Part shown: positions 9,136-23,880 of the stretch, piece after piece
Numbering within the stretch: position 1 is the first letter of the stretch
How the letters are laid out: each line of letters begins with the position of its first letter
DNA from: Mobula hypostoma
Taxonomy: Eukaryota
Length of the DNA: 64,000 bases
Assembly (NCBI RefSeq): GCF_963921235.1
Contig: NC_086106.1
Span: forward strand, 21,576,001 to 21,640,000
Reading direction: 5' to 3'
Made by a program: the position numbers and the translations under genes
The notes under the pieces: generated by a model
Told to the model about the DNA's origin: nothing
What the model saw: only the letters and a program-made list of their open reading frames with translations
Database searches by the model: none

Positions 9136-12100
9136 ATTTATGCATTGCTGCGCTTTTTCCGAATTATATTTTGTGCGACAAAGGGGCAGGTTTAATGAGC
9201 AATAGGTATGGTTCTATTTCCTCCAAAGCTCTTTGAAGCTAATGAGAAAGGTCCTCCCTGATTGTTTTAACACCAATAGGAGTAATGTCTCGTCCTTTGA
9301 ATAAATACGAAAGGTCGGAGGAGATGGGAAAAGGATATGACATAATTTACAGGTGCCATGGTGAAAAGAAGTCTCGTCAACATTACTGCTACTGTTACTT
9401 TGTTTCAACATGTTTCAACAGCCACCTCCAGGTTTCTCAAGGAATGTCGTTAACTATACTGAAAACAGTAAGAAGGTGTCAGAAATGGAACACGTTTTTT
9501 TCTTGGGCATTGAGTAAATTGAGGGAAAGTTGAGGAAATTCAGAGCATCAGCAAGGGTACGAGGAACAATAACGCCGCTGTCCGTGTAACATCGAAAGAG
9601 TTGGAGAACTTTGGGGCGCTGCCAGTGTTCTGCGTAGGTGACGTAAGTTTAGGCACAGCAGGGAAGGGGTGGATGGGGGGAAGCATGTCAGTACCCATGT
9701 CTGCAACAAAGTGGGAGGAGCTGAAAGAAAGAAAATGGTGTTTGTCAGAATCAGCTGTTGAATATTACTAGATTTTCCTCCTCTTCATTTGCGAGATACT
9801 GTGTGCGAGAGACTCTGATTACGGTCTGACTAATTGCAACGAAATGTATTCCCCATACAGACAATACAATTGGTTGCATTATCAACATACCAGATTGTAG
9901 AAAACTCACCCAACTGTGCCTGCAGTGAATTGCAGATGAGCCGATGTACTTCTGTACTGGTACGAGTACGTTTTCGGTCCTCCGTAATTACGTATTGCAC
10001 TCATCACCTAACAGCTGCTCAGTTAATTTTCCTATCCTCAATCCCACCTTCTCCTTTGTCTTGTTTTCATATTCCTTTCCAAAGATGCTGCCGAGCCTGC
10101 TGAGTTCCACAAGGACTTTGCGTGCGTCCCTCTGGATTTCCAGTACATTAAAAAAAAAACGTTTTATGACCATTTGATAATAATTTTGACTTTGACATTA
10201 TTCGACGGGTATGACAGGTCAGACCACAGGGTGAGAGGAAGGATGTTACACGGGCGTTGTTCACAGGATTTACTTATGAGGGGAAGCGTGCACAGGGATT
10301 TGCTAAGTGACACCAAAGGGACCGATTTAGAATAAGCACATTGGACATTTAGTTGAGACAAAGATTAAGACATTCTACCAAACAGCAAACTCAGCATAAG
10401 TTGACATATTGTGACACTTAATGGTTACACTTCAAATCCAACAAGTACTTCATAAAGTCTTCCCGAATATATAAAGAAAAATCTAAACTTTCAGCGCACA
10501 CTTATCTAAGTGTGCAAATGGCCGCTCCTAAATCAGGAGCATAATTTCCCAGTGGTAATCTAGCACTGCTCGCGACCTAAGTGTGAAATGAGCCCGTGGA
10601 GAGTAAGGAAAACAAGCGTGTCTCTTGCAGGTGCTACTTACATACCCCCGCATCGCCATGAGCTGAGCACTACTGCCACAGATATCAGGGAAACCAAAGG
10701 GAATATTGATTATTGATTATTCCATCTAAATGATAATTCAGTGAATAGCCGGTACCCTAGAAGCGGCTTGAAACAAGTAAGTAATCTAAACTTTCACGTT
10801 ACAGTTCCTAATAAACTTGAAGTATCAACTAAAGTGATTATCTCATATGTGTAGCAATCGCATCTTACTCCACCTTGGTAGACCCGGGCTTTCTTACCTC
10901 GACTCTTTGGTCTAGCACGTTCTCGACTGATGCAATCGTGAGCATCATAATGATATTATTGGAATGGAGGAGCTGTATGTCGAACTCAGTATGAAAGCAT
11001 AAAAAATAGAATCATCTTCAAAATCGAAGTGGAAGCCAATTATCTCCTTAACTTCGACCGCATGCTGGAGATAGTAGTTGAGGATAATAAAATTTCCTCA
11101 TTAGACACGAAATTTCTCTTGTTAAAGCTTTCTCAATCTGGGTTAACCGACCCATTAATGGAGGATTTTGCTCCATGGCACAGAACCGGTTAGGTGCCCC
11201 TGTTTTAGATAGCGCAGGCTTAAATCTGGACGATTATGCGAAAATCGTGTATTATGAATGCTGGAAAAGATTAGAACAATAAGTGCCTTGAATCCACTTC
11301 TCTCGGTTCTAGCGTCATCTGACGCTCATGTCAAATCTCCATTCCCACCTCCTACGTTATATTCACCCATTATATTTCAGGATTATTTGTAACATTACTT
11401 CGAAACTATTCACATGACTATTGACCTGAGTTGCAAAAGAGACTTTTCGACAGATTAGCTACTACTGAGGTACACAAACTTGATACAAATGCAGTTACTT
11501 AGATTCAGGCTGAAATCTGGCGCTTGCACTCATTTCCGAAAGGAACGCATACAAATAAGTTTACTCTACACATGTCGATCCGATATCTCCACGTATTAAC
11601 ACAACAGCAATTTCGAAGCAGATTCAATAGTATTTTTGTTCACATCCCTTGCATCCATGTTCCATTGTTGGGCAGTGGACGATTGGCGGCGAAATGTTGG
11701 TATCCACTCTGTGACTTTTTTTTTTCCTTTGTATTAATCGTCTTGCAAATCCAACAGCAACCAGATCTTCATGCATGGATTTCAGAACTTGAACATTTCT
11801 ATCTCTCCACGACGAAATAATACGTAGCAGTCTTCTCGGATTATGTCACGCCAACTGACGATTTATCCCTGTGAAATCCCTCTCTTGCTTTATTTCTAAT
11901 GGCTTACGCTTTGTTCAGTCGTTTCAGCGTAAGAGAGCTTTGGTGACAGAGAGCATGTTTATGTATTTTGGACACAGTAAAACATATTAAGTGGCAGGTT
12001 CGTGCAAGGTATTGCGTACTAGTCCATAATGCTTCAGTGGGCTCACGCACATGTGTCCAATTTGTAAATTCCCGCCTGTCCGAAACATCCTGATGGAGCG

Positions 12101-12364
12101 GAGGTCCAGCGGTCACATTCGGTAACGAGAAGGTACTACATGAAGGCACACATCAGGGGCAACTTTTCACACTTGCTGATAGCTTCGTTCCGGAGAAGGC
12201 CATGAAAACCTTCAACTGGAGACCGACTGTGCTGCTGGAACTCTATTTGTCGATTTTGAGAGAAGAAGAGGTGTGAACGCTTCTCTCCATCCCCCCATCC
12301 TTTCTCTCTGTCTGTCAGGCTGTCTTTCTCGCTCTCTCTAACTCTGTCTCTTCGTCTATCAATG

Positions 12365-12365
<1 letters not shown>

Positions 12366-12424
<59 letters not shown>
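12366..12424. repeat. (TC)n microsatellite
   Basis: About 29 TC units. They produce the ERERER stretch in spurious ORF 12315..12608. Confidence 0.95.
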
Positions 12425-12428
<4 letters not shown>

Positions 12429-15400
12429 CTCCACCTTACTCACATTCTTCTCGGTTATATTTATGAATGTCTGTCTTGTGCTGCTATGCTCGTGTTTTGA
12501 AACGAATTGTGTCTGTAATCTCTCGCACTCAGGTCTTTGTACCGCTCTCCTGCTCTGTATCACCTTGTCTGTGTGGAGTAATTGCTGCATGTCATACACC
12601 ATTGTCATGGAATGGTTATGTAAATTCGTTAAACGACTGTTTTACTTTTTGTCATGATTGATAGAGCAGGAGAACCGTCATTCAGAAATGCTTACATTAT
12701 CTCTACAACACTTCTATAGATGTAGAGGGGAAAGTGTATTGACGGACTACATCATTGCGTAGTACGGAATCATCAACATTCTTGAACGGAAAATCCCACG
12801 ATTCGACACAGAACATCATTGGTAAATCCCTTCCAAGCATTGAGCACAGCGACCTGAAACGCTGCATTAGGTGTTTCTGGTGCAATCAGGTAGAATATAT
12901 AATAGCCTCAGGATTCGCACCCCCATGTTCAAGTACAGTTACTACCTCACAGCCATCAGGCACTTCAACTTAGGGGATGACAACAATCGCTGCCAGTTTA
13001 TTAAGATGTACCCACATTTAATGAACTTGCAATAAAGACACTTTAACTTGTTATCTCATGTTATCGTTATTTATTGTTATTTTTATATTTGCTTTTGAAC
13101 AGTCTGCTGTGTTCCAAACTCTCGATTTTCTTTCATTGACTCTGTTAGAGGTGGAATATTATAGATTTGTTGAGCATGCCCGCCCGTTCTATAGGGTTAT
13201 ATGTTATGCAATTTGATAATAAAGGTTTCTCTCAAATTTGAAATTGGACTAAATTAGATATTTCTCTGGAGACGGTATTTACAGTACAGCTGTTGGGAAC
13301 AACGCGTAACATTACACCTTGTATATTTCAATCTGAGAGTGACGATGACCATCATAAAAGGACTGATGAGGCGGATTGTCAGACACCAAGGAAATAGGAT
13401 CTTGAGAATGTTAAAGCGGAATTAACCAATACTTTAATGTTGATCAGCGTGTACATGACACCAAACAAGTAGCCAGCGCTATAACACCGTTTCCTTTGTT
13501 TGAAACTGTGGCAAATGTAAGCGATATTACTTGGAAGTAATTCTGGTGTATTCCTGCGTGAAAAATAAAGAACACTGGCAGATCCATAAAGAAGTGTGTT
13601 GAATAAGGGAAAATTGGTAAAAATGTGTTTATCCACGGGAATATTTATGAAAATGCAGCACTATTTTGAGTAACTTAAGAAGTGGGACACAGTAAAATGG
13701 AAGGATTACTTTAGTTATTCTGTTTTGCTTATTTTCTCGTTTATGTCTGCTGTGAAACACAGATATAGAAGAATATAACAGTATAATTCTCCTGCATGAA
13801 TGATCCACTTAGTAAAATGCAACGTTCTCTCTTTTGTTCTTATGCAAAGTGCAATTTATGACAAGCGAATGTAGACCGTTCGGCTTCTTATTATGTTAAC
13901 AGTTTTCAGCCTGCACGTCCTACTTTGTCTTCATTTCACTTTGTCTACGTATCCCACAATAGGTCAATCAGCATTTTTTTTTCAATTTTGCAGCAGGTTG
14001 TTAGACTTCACTTATTTTCGAAAATTCGGCATCTCGCATATCATTCTGAGGACCCTGTTATTTATAACGTTCTTGCGTCTCAGTGATTTTGAATGCATCG
14101 TTGTCACTAACACTCGCTCATGCCGATACTCAATCAGTTTGCAGCCACAAAAGCTGAGTCATCCCTCGCTCACATCCAAAGCCAATCGAACGACAGGCCA
14201 CTGGAATCTAAAATACTCAGTCGATGTCCGTGAATTAGTCACCGCTATTGTTATCTACTCTAAAATGGTACCAGCATATAGGCTTCAAAATTGTCTATCT
14301 TTCTGCTCACGGGGAATGTTGCAACAGCTGTCATTTCGACTTTGAGCTAAATGTGATTTGCTACGCAAATATATTCTGCGGGAAATATCAAGAAACCCAT
14401 TTAGAAATAACTTCTCTCTCATTTTGAAGGGCATGAAAATGAAGTGATACTGCAATATTTCCAGGGTCACGTTGAGACAAGTGAGATGTTGAGGTACATA
14501 CCTGTTATGTGATCATCTCTTTACACGTGCAGACTATGTTTTCATTCATGCAAAGACTATTGATCTCGCTGTTGCAAGAGCATTTCGATGACTACCTGAT
14601 AACGAGCCATCATCCTCCATTGCCAAATTACGTCAGGACGTTATAAACAAACTCGTGCTCCATTTCCCACTAACACAGGAAGGTCATTAAAATGTCCTTA
14701 ATAGATGGCACTATAGTTGTTTTACCAAAGTCGGGAACCATCGAGAATCATTCATTAAAGAAGCACAATTAAAATTCAATTTGCCCATATTAGACAGCCG
14801 AAAGTTACACAAATTATTCCGTTTCAGGCTGGCGATTATATATTAATGATGCCAAGAATTTTGCTTGACACGATTCCTCCCTGAATGTACCAATCAGCAG
14901 AAATATTTATTGTATGTAATTCTGGTATTCGAAGTGTATTTGTCTTTCAAAATGATAGAACTCAACAGTTCAACGAATGTGTATCTCCTTCCCGGCTGTA
15001 GAATAGGGTCCGATATAGAGTAATGAATTCGAAAGGGGAATTAATCTTTCCTGACAACCATTTCATAAAACCATTAGCTGGAAAGATGTCACGATCCTAA
15101 TACATTGAGCAGTGAGGAAATGAAACGTGTGAACTGTAATAATCTAGTCCTCACAGAATCAAGACCGTGGAGACACTAGTGCCGTGGACTTTTTTTTTTG
15201 CGATAATCTGCAGACAATGCTTTATTACGCCCAGAGTCCTAGCTTTAGAGTATGTACCTTCCCAACTGTAATCCGATTTACAGGAATGGGTGCGCTGACT
15301 CAGCTTTGATATTCAGAATTAATAGTGTACTTCTCGTTCAAGCTTGAAATTAAATCTTGAAAAAAAAACTAATCCACCCTGTTTGAATACGGTCGCATTC

Positions 15401-18400
15401 TGTCGGGCTCTTCTTACACTTGGTGATACATACAGTGCGATAATCATACCATCTCCAGAAACCAATCTGGAAATTGCAAATTGTGGTGTGAACTTGACGG
15501 TTATTCAATGTCACCGCAGTCAGGCACTGAATCACCGTTTGACTAAAAGATCCTGGAAATTAAAAAAAAAAAAGTGATAGATTAATGGAAATCAGGGCAA
15601 ACAAGTCAGCAGTGTTAACACCCGTTTTGTTTGAAATTGGAAATGGTTTTGTTAATTTGATATTAACCTGTAACCTCCAACTATGTACAAATCCCGTCAT
15701 GGTGTGAACAAGGGACAGGATGATGAAGAGAAGGATATCCTTAGGTTTCGATAAAAACTCATTTCCACAGATGGACATTCTTTCTCAAACTGCTTCCATT
15801 AATTTATAAGACAAATGTCTCCTTATACCCCCTGTCGTTATCAATCAACATTTTCAATTCTCTCTCCATGCCATCCCAATTCCGCAAGTGCAACACAATT
15901 TGTTTCATCGAGGTTACATATATTTTGAAACCATAACTTTTCCCCTTTAAATTGTACACTGATTCAATTTCCCGGATGCTGTCTGTCCCGCTGAATATTT
16001 TAAAACGAATTTCTACATAGAAATTGAGCATTTACTCCTATGCATTCATGTTTGTTTACATTCAGTTAACCTTTGGGTACCAACCTGTGCAACATTAATC
16101 TTGCTGTCATCTCAGTTGCTCTCTTAAAAGTATTGCTATTTTCCACATCAGATGACATTGTCTTGTCACAGTTCGGCTGTTCCTGATCAAACAGGAATTT
16201 GCATTTGCTTTTACTTTTCCTTTAGAATGTTGCCTTCTTTTCTTACCAATACTAAGTACCACTGGTGCTGCAGAAGGTATGAGGTTTCTTGCGCCTGTTC
16301 GTGTGTACAGATCTGAAAATATGACAGTAAGTTCCATTGAAATATTAGACTTTGGTTTTAATATGTGTTAAAGTTCCGTTAGTGTTTGTCTTCCTATTTT
16401 CAGTCTTTATTCCCTCTTTCACAACTGGCGTAATCTTCCAGAAACATTTCACAGTCAGCAGTCAGACAACCATTAGTATTCCATCTTATTGTACCGCTCT
16501 GCCTGCCTCGGTCTGACCCGACTGACATTCCTTAACAGGTAGTATTAATCAACATTTGTGTGCTTCAGTCAGTCCTCAAAACATTAATTTTGTTTATCTG
16601 GCGTCACTCTAGTAGAAGCTTTTCCACCACCTGTGTGAATTACTTTGTCCTACCGAAGGTACCAAAGCGTCAACTCATTCAAATGATGTGATCTAGTTTC
16701 AAAACCGTATTAATGTTGCAAGGTATTGGGGTTTATGAAAATTAACAAGCAGAATGCATAAAGTAGCGGTAACAATAAAAAAAAAGTCTGCAATTATCCC
16801 TTGTCTTTCGGTTTTTGTGTCTGTAACACGTTCGCATGTTTATTTAGTTGGTAAGCACTGCTTCTGTTTGAAAATACTTTGTAGGATATACTTTTTATTC
16901 GAATTGAGTAATTATCTATAATTCTGAAGACCTGTGTGAATTATAAATGTGCGATATTGAAATTTCCCCTGATCATTACAATAAAATAAACTGATCTTAA
17001 CATATGTTATTAGCTAAGATATTGTCCTGTTGGTGGGGTGTGGTTATTCACCACTCAAATAATGCGTATTGGCAGCTACACTTCCCTCATAGAGAGAAAA
17101 AAAGGAAGGTAGTCTTTGTAGACTACGTTATTGCAGTATTATCTCACTATAGGGATGTAAACTCATAACAAATGTATCCTAAAAATCTTTTTGAGTTGAA
17201 GGCGTTTCGGACAGTGCAAACAATGCCATCACATGTGATGAAATAGAAACCACGGTTTTAGCTTACGAGCTAACCAAATGCAGGTTTATAGTTGTTGTTG
17301 TTTTTTTGTTTTTTTTTTCTTTTTCACTAGTATTTCCTACACTGGGTCATGCTGGCCTCTCGCTCACTGATGCCAGAGGAAGCTGACTATGTGTGACGGT
17401 CTCTCTTTCTCTCAAAATCCGGTCCATTCACTGTTACCTGTGTCCAAACATTTTTTACTCAGTCTTTCTTCGTATTATACCGACCCATGCAATACTAAGC
17501 ACAATCCTTGTTCTTAATACATTCCACCATTTAATACCCAGACCACGGAGTGTTGGTGTTACATTAAGCTCCAAGCACCCAACGCCGTCACTGCCCATAC
17601 GACTCTGAACCTTAGGACACCAAACAGATTAACTATTCACAATAACACAACTACGAAACAAATTAAACACATATTTATAACGCTGAACGTGGTCATTGAT
17701 AATTGCATATGAGTCTTACATCACTAGGTGCAGAAATCCTTCTTGGTAAAATTGCTACACAAAGTCAGAGAACCAAAGTGTAGTAGAGCGCGAAAACTGT
17801 TTTAGCCTGAAATATCAACTTTGTGTTTATGTTCGTGGAAGCTGCCTGCCCTGCCGAGTTTCTCTAGCATTTGGTGTATCTTGCAACATTCCATTGAAAG
17901 CATTTTTTTCCATGTCAGCTGATCTATCATCATTTCCGACCTCACAGCTTTGGTATCATCATTTCTGACCTGACAGCTTTGGTACAGAATTCTCCCTCCA
18001 CTGTCCAGGAGGTATTTACCAAATGTCTCTTCAGTGTGGAATTGTACCTGTCTCCTTTGCTTTCTCTGGCATTTTATTCCCCGTATTCCTTACCATCTGT
18101 ACATTCAATGGCATGTTGCAAGATACAGCCTCATTTCGTGTATCAAACCTAATGTCTGGATACTACATCACTAACCATCCCCATCAAGGTCTGTCGTCAG
18201 AGGTTCAAGATGGGTTGCATGGACAACCGATGCATCCGGCTGAGCCTGATTTCAGATTTAGTGACGTTACTGAAGAGAGTTCTCAGAGGCAAGATATACC
18301 ATATCTTGGATACTCAAGGCCAAGTCTAGAATTGAATAGGGAAATAGAAGATCGGCGATTTAAGTATTATATAGTGGCACCAAAACAGGTCTGTCAATTA

Positions 18401-18439
18401 GTACGGTGAGCTGAATCTTCAAAGACGCCTTATCCGTCA

Positions 18440-20330
18440 GCGATCCACGTTCCATATAGCTAAACCGTCGAAACACCGGAAGCTGTCAAAGTAGGGGGCG
18501 TGTTATAACAGGATTTTCTCCCCCATAGCCAAATACGGACGTGTCCCACTGCAAAAAGTGACAATGATGGTAATCTTGAATGAAAACTGGATCCAATATG
18601 TGCCTTGCAGCAACTCAGTAGCGTTTCGCAGTCCCAATCCTTCCCATTCCATGAGTAACTGCCAAACACCTCGACCATTTCGTGAATTAGAATTTCTTTC
18701 CACCGTGAAAACCTGTTTTCCATCGATTAACCTGGGTGGCAGCGTAACTAATGGTGGTGGGGAATAGGGGCTGGTGTTCTCAGATTTTCATTTGGAAATT
18801 TGGAAAATGTTTTTGTCCATGAGGGTCTTGGGCAGATGCAACGTACAAGTAACCTGGATTACATTCTGGAGTACCATCAAGTGTCCAATGGATTCCGGCG
18901 CCAAATTCCTAGAATCCATCCAGAGTTCAAATTCTGCGTCGACAGTCAGACTTGATGCCCAGGTGCCAAACTGGCCCCGCTTTCTCGTGATGATGGCACT
19001 TATTCCAGCTCTCCGTGTGGAGGCTAACAAAACATCTCTGCCGTAGTCCATACCCACATTTCATGGTGGACGGGATCTTCTGTCACATGGACTTCGGTCT
19101 CCGACTCCTGCTCAGGGGACAATGGCGCAGAATACCAAAATTGGCACACGAAATAGGGCATCCACTGCCCCGAAAGACAAAGATTGATGCTACTATTTGA
19201 TGGGGACAAGTGTTGTGGCCTGCTCACGTAAAGTAGTCACACCAATTCTCCGTTTTGGAGTTTGTTCCAAATCTCTTCCATAGACTACATAGGAATGTAG
19301 TCGAAGTGAACCAAGGCGTACTTATAGAGAGCACCCCGAAGAAAATCATTTATATAGGCTAGGAAAATCGCAAGGCCGGGGGGCATTAGTCATAGTGCGC
19401 TGTCTGTTTGTTGAATGCCGTCTACCACTCGTCACACTCTTTTATGCGACCAAATTATAGGTACTCGCAAGTGCAACTTCGAGAATTTTATTGTCCCTTG
19501 GAGGATTACGAAAACAGTGTTCATGAGTAGAATGGAGTAACCATTCTTGACAGTTATGTGATTCAGCCCTTCATAATCAATGCAAATCCGCAGGCTCCCG
19601 TCTTTTTTGTTTGCAAGAAGAAGCCAGCTGGTGCCAAGGAGGTAAAGGGCCAAATGGATGCAAGGGCTGGAATATATTTTATAGGCTCCATAGCACCACT
19701 CATAGAATGAGGGAGCATATAATCGGAGTCGGTGGCGCCATAGGGTGACCAGGACCTCCCTCTTTCGGCGACTTTCCTGGACTAGAGTCCGAAACTTAAA
19801 AGTGTAGCTTGCTGCTGCCCAACAGCCCTGATGCAACTTCATCAGACGGTCCGGGATTCGGTTCCTTTTTTTTTTGCAGTGTAATGTAATACCTTCCTCA
19901 TGAAATCCACAAGTTCCTCCGATTCGCAGCAAATCTCCGATCTTCGCTCGAACTGCGTGGTGGCACACGCCAGTACTATGCCGATCAGGAGAGGAATCAT
20001 GAACTCCACCTTTCTGCCTTCCGAAGGGAACCGGGCCGGCTGGAGTTCGAACAGCAACGAACTTTGAGTACGATAGCCGCCCCAAGAACCTGGCTGATCT
20101 CCGCATCTGTCTGGGCACGTAAGATGGGTTGGCTTTGTAGAGAGACAGAAACTCATCCGATCAGCTCTTTCTTCCTCCCGGCGATAATTGGCACAGCACG
20201 ATCTGGAGTTCATGTACATGAAGCCTCTGTCTTGACATTTTTGGCAGTGACTCGCCACAGTTGACAAAATACTCTGGTATGCAGCAGTGTGCATGCTGGG
20301 TCGATCTTATTGTGATGAAGCAGCTTGACG
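18440..20330 (-). mobile_element. Decayed Ty3/Gypsy LTR retrotransposon (chromovirus-like)
   Basis: Gag-like LQPARFPSEGRKVEFMIPLLIG..LA.AT (19842..20294), RT KKDGSLRICIDYEGLNHITVKN...FSKLHLR (19432..20118), and an integrase/chromodomain-like tail (RNGRGVWQLLMEWEG, 18503..18703). Frameshifted and internally deleted. Confidence 0.85.
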
Positions 20331-23084
20331 AGAACGGTTAGGACCTAAGTGTTGGAGTATCGCAGACTAGGATCAAGAGACTGAATCAAGAAAAGAAGAC
20401 ATTGGTTGGTAATGGAAATTAGCTTACGATTGTGCACCAGACTTCACTTCAGGAGCTCTTTCAATATTAGTTCCTGGCGCCAAATCATGGCCACCAGTTA
20501 ACGGGACGGCATGTATTTTTAAAGCGGGAGCGATCAGTATCCATGTTCCAGAGAGTTAGGGAGTCTAAGGCCCAGAGGCTTGCACGGTTCGGTGCTTTTC
20601 CCAACAGCAAATTTCCACATTTTCTCGTATTGCACTCTAAATTTTTGCAAATAGTAAACTTAATATCACTCAAAACAATATTTGTGTTCACAATTTCTGC
20701 CAGATCTATTTGATACCCTCGTTTTGCGCAGAATATTTCATTTTATTAATGCAGGGCTTAAACATTTTCCTTATTTCGTCGAGGGAAGCATTTACATAGT
20801 TTCCATTCAATTCCTCCGTATACCTAAAGCTCGCTGAATTTGATGTTTTCTGTCGTCATATCTGGAACATGCTTTTACTCGGCTCTTAATATAACGCTTT
20901 TCAAAACATTGTCTCTGTTCAACCCGTCTTCACACTGAAATTGTAGTTCAGAGCTATATAGTGACGCAGGGTGATGGACGAAATTTTCGTCGAATCATCA
21001 TTAGAACTGTGCAATGTATGAAAATCGAACTTCATGGCTACCCAGCACCATTTTTCTCTTACCTTTATGCTTCTTCCAAAATGTTTTTTTACAAACACTA
21101 TAAACTCCAGGTAAATAACACTGTGTGTCCCTTCGATTCGAAAAAACGCCTTCGGCATAATAGTGAGCAGACAAAAAACAACAACAACAAAAAAAAAGCA
21201 ACAACAACAGCATCAACATCGAAACAAAAAAAAATCGAGACACTCGTTGCTGGGTCATTTCTCTACTCAGTTTTCTCAGCTGCATTTTCAAATTTATCAT
21301 AGCGACAAAATATGTCGTACGCGCTGTATTCTTCAGTCACTGTGGGCATGGCCTGTATCTGAATATAATAGTTCATATGAAGATGGAATGGTATCTCGCA
21401 ACATGTGGCAGTGCTTATATTTCAGTTCACATCTCTGAAGGTAAAGAAACGTTCAAAGCTCAAAGACATTATAAACGTTTCTCTCTCTCCGGATATCAGT
21501 GTTTATCTCTCTGGCCGCTGAATACTCGACAATGTACGCAGATTCTCCTGCGAACACAAATTGACCTTGTACCATGCCATAATGCAGTGAATTTAGCGAG
21601 AACAAAAAATTTCCTCCGAAACTACAGATGGAGCTTCACAAATCGTTCGTACGTTGTAAAACATGGAGTTAAGTGTCAGACGAATTCATGTAAACCTCTT
21701 TTTACCGGGCGTCTCCAGCAATGCGGCTCAATAGCCCTTCGCTACTGATCACAGCGGGAGGAAAAAAACACATTGCCACGTTCCGTTCGTCTAGGGTCGA
21801 TAAGACTTTGACCCCGAACACCGGGAAGTTCGAATATCTCGCTCCTCTAACACCGATCTGTGTGAAACTGCGTAAATACTGGAGCGTGTAATTGCCTGTC
21901 GGCAATACGTTACCGTTCGTACACTGCAAACAATTATCAAGAACAGCATTTATAAATGATAACTTAACCAAACAGTTTTTAAAGAAAAACACGAAAAAAA
22001 AAGAAGAACGAATTAAATAAGTCAAATGTGCACAGTCTGGATTTTACAACTTCCAAAAGATGACGTGCTGTTGTACGCACTGCGCCAACTCCTATTCACG
22101 GATACCCGGTAGGCCTTCTGATCTTGGCCTATCCTGATTGTACCACATTACATTCCTAAGCATGAGTATCACAATCCACTATCTTTAACTATAACCCAGA
22201 CACGATCAGCACAATACGCTGTTTCAAACGAAAACCATGAAATGAAAACCCTTAAAAAAGTGCAGTGCAATCTTAACCAACGCGTTAAGAACGTCTTCCC
22301 AATGCAGTGGTGAAAGTTGCTTCCCATGTAATGCAACCCTGTCTCAGAGAATTACATTTGTTCCCTTTACCTCTTTGTCCTTAAAATTCTTCCACAAAAA
22401 GACTCAACTCTATTTTCCACATCTACATGCCCTCAATAAACGGAAGTCATAGCTTCCAGCAGCAAATATGAAGCAATAATATGCTAATGAATGTGACAGA
22501 TATCCACAATCCAAGGTACAGAAGTCTTATTGTTGAACATCATTTTTTTTTTTCCTGAGGTCATAGTTGCTTGTGATGAAGTTCATCTTCCACCCATTTT
22601 TCCTTACTCTTGTTCTCGTTGCAAACAAGGGTCAGTCTTCATTTCGTAAGAGAAATTACAAGCAAAATGTATCTGGTTACAGGGATTGCTTTCTAACAAA
22701 TATCACTGCCGACAGCAAAGGCTGCTGGCCCACATGAGAGATTGACTGCACAAAATGAATGGTTTGTAATGTAAAGTGACCTAAAAACGTTCTTGTCTGG
22801 AGAAGCAAAGTCTAACAAAACGCGGAGATGTTAATTGGCCTACAGCAAACCAAGCAACCGATACATTTAATTAGTTCAAGGGAATATTGAAACCAGACTG
22901 ATATCTATCACTTAGCACATCAAACATGGCTAATCTACTTGTGTTCGCTCACGGGATTCAGTGTTGATAGATATTATTCCGGGTGTCCAGAGTCGTTGTG
23001 CCCAAAAGCATTTGGATCACATTTATTAATTATGTTGTTCCAATAAAAGAATCTAAAACGCATCACACGCAAATAATGTTAGTC

Positions 23085-23880
23085 ATGGTCATAGTTATAG
23101 TCATACTTTATTGATCCCGGGGGAAATTGGTTTTCGTTACAGTTGCACCATAAGTAATAAATAGTAATAGAGCCATAAATAGTTAAACAGTAATATGTAA
23201 ATTATGCCAGTAAATTATGAAAAAAAGTCCAGGACCAGCCTATTGGCTCAGGGTGTCTGACCCTCCAAGCGAGGAGTTGTAAAGTTTGATGGCCACAGGC
23301 AGGAAGGACTTCCTATGACGCTCTCTTGCTGCATCTCGGTGGAATGAGTCTCTGGCTGAATGTACTCCTGTGCCCACCCAGGACATTATGTAGTGGATAG
23401 GAGACATTGACCAAGATGACATGCAACTTAGACAGCATCCTCTTTTCAGACACCACCGTGAGAGCGTCCAGTTCCATCCCCACATCACCTGCCTTACGAA
23501 TGAGTTTGTTGATTGTGTTGGTGTCTGTTACCCTCAGCCTGCTGCCCCAGCACACAACAGCAAACATGATAGCACTGGCCACCACAGACTCGTAGAACAT
23601 TCTCAGAAATGGTCCGGCGGATGTTAAAGGACCTCAGTCTCCTCAGGAAATAGAGACTGTTCAGCCCCTTCTTGTAGAAGCCTCACTGTTCATTGACCAG
23701 TCCAGTTCAATTCGCATCCCCAGGTATTTGTAATCCTCCACCATGTCCACACTGACCCCCTGGATGGAAACAGGGTTCACCGGTACCTTAGCTCTCCTCA
23801 GGTCCACTACCAGCTCCTTAATTTTTTTTCACATTTAGCTGCAGATAATTCTGCTCACACCATGTGACAATGTTTCCTAC
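23085..23880 (-). mobile_element. Rex1/Babar-type LINE 3' fragment
   Basis: ORF 23313..23600 FYESVVASAIMFAVVCWGS...NKLIRKAG is typical of the Rex1 RT C-terminus. It ends in a (CTATGA)n-like tail at about 23085-23105. Confidence 0.8.

Noticed and set aside
20700-21160. Resemblance to HSPA12-like protein
   Set aside because: The motif spacing (about 68 versus about 46 residues) and frames are inconsistent, so it was not called.
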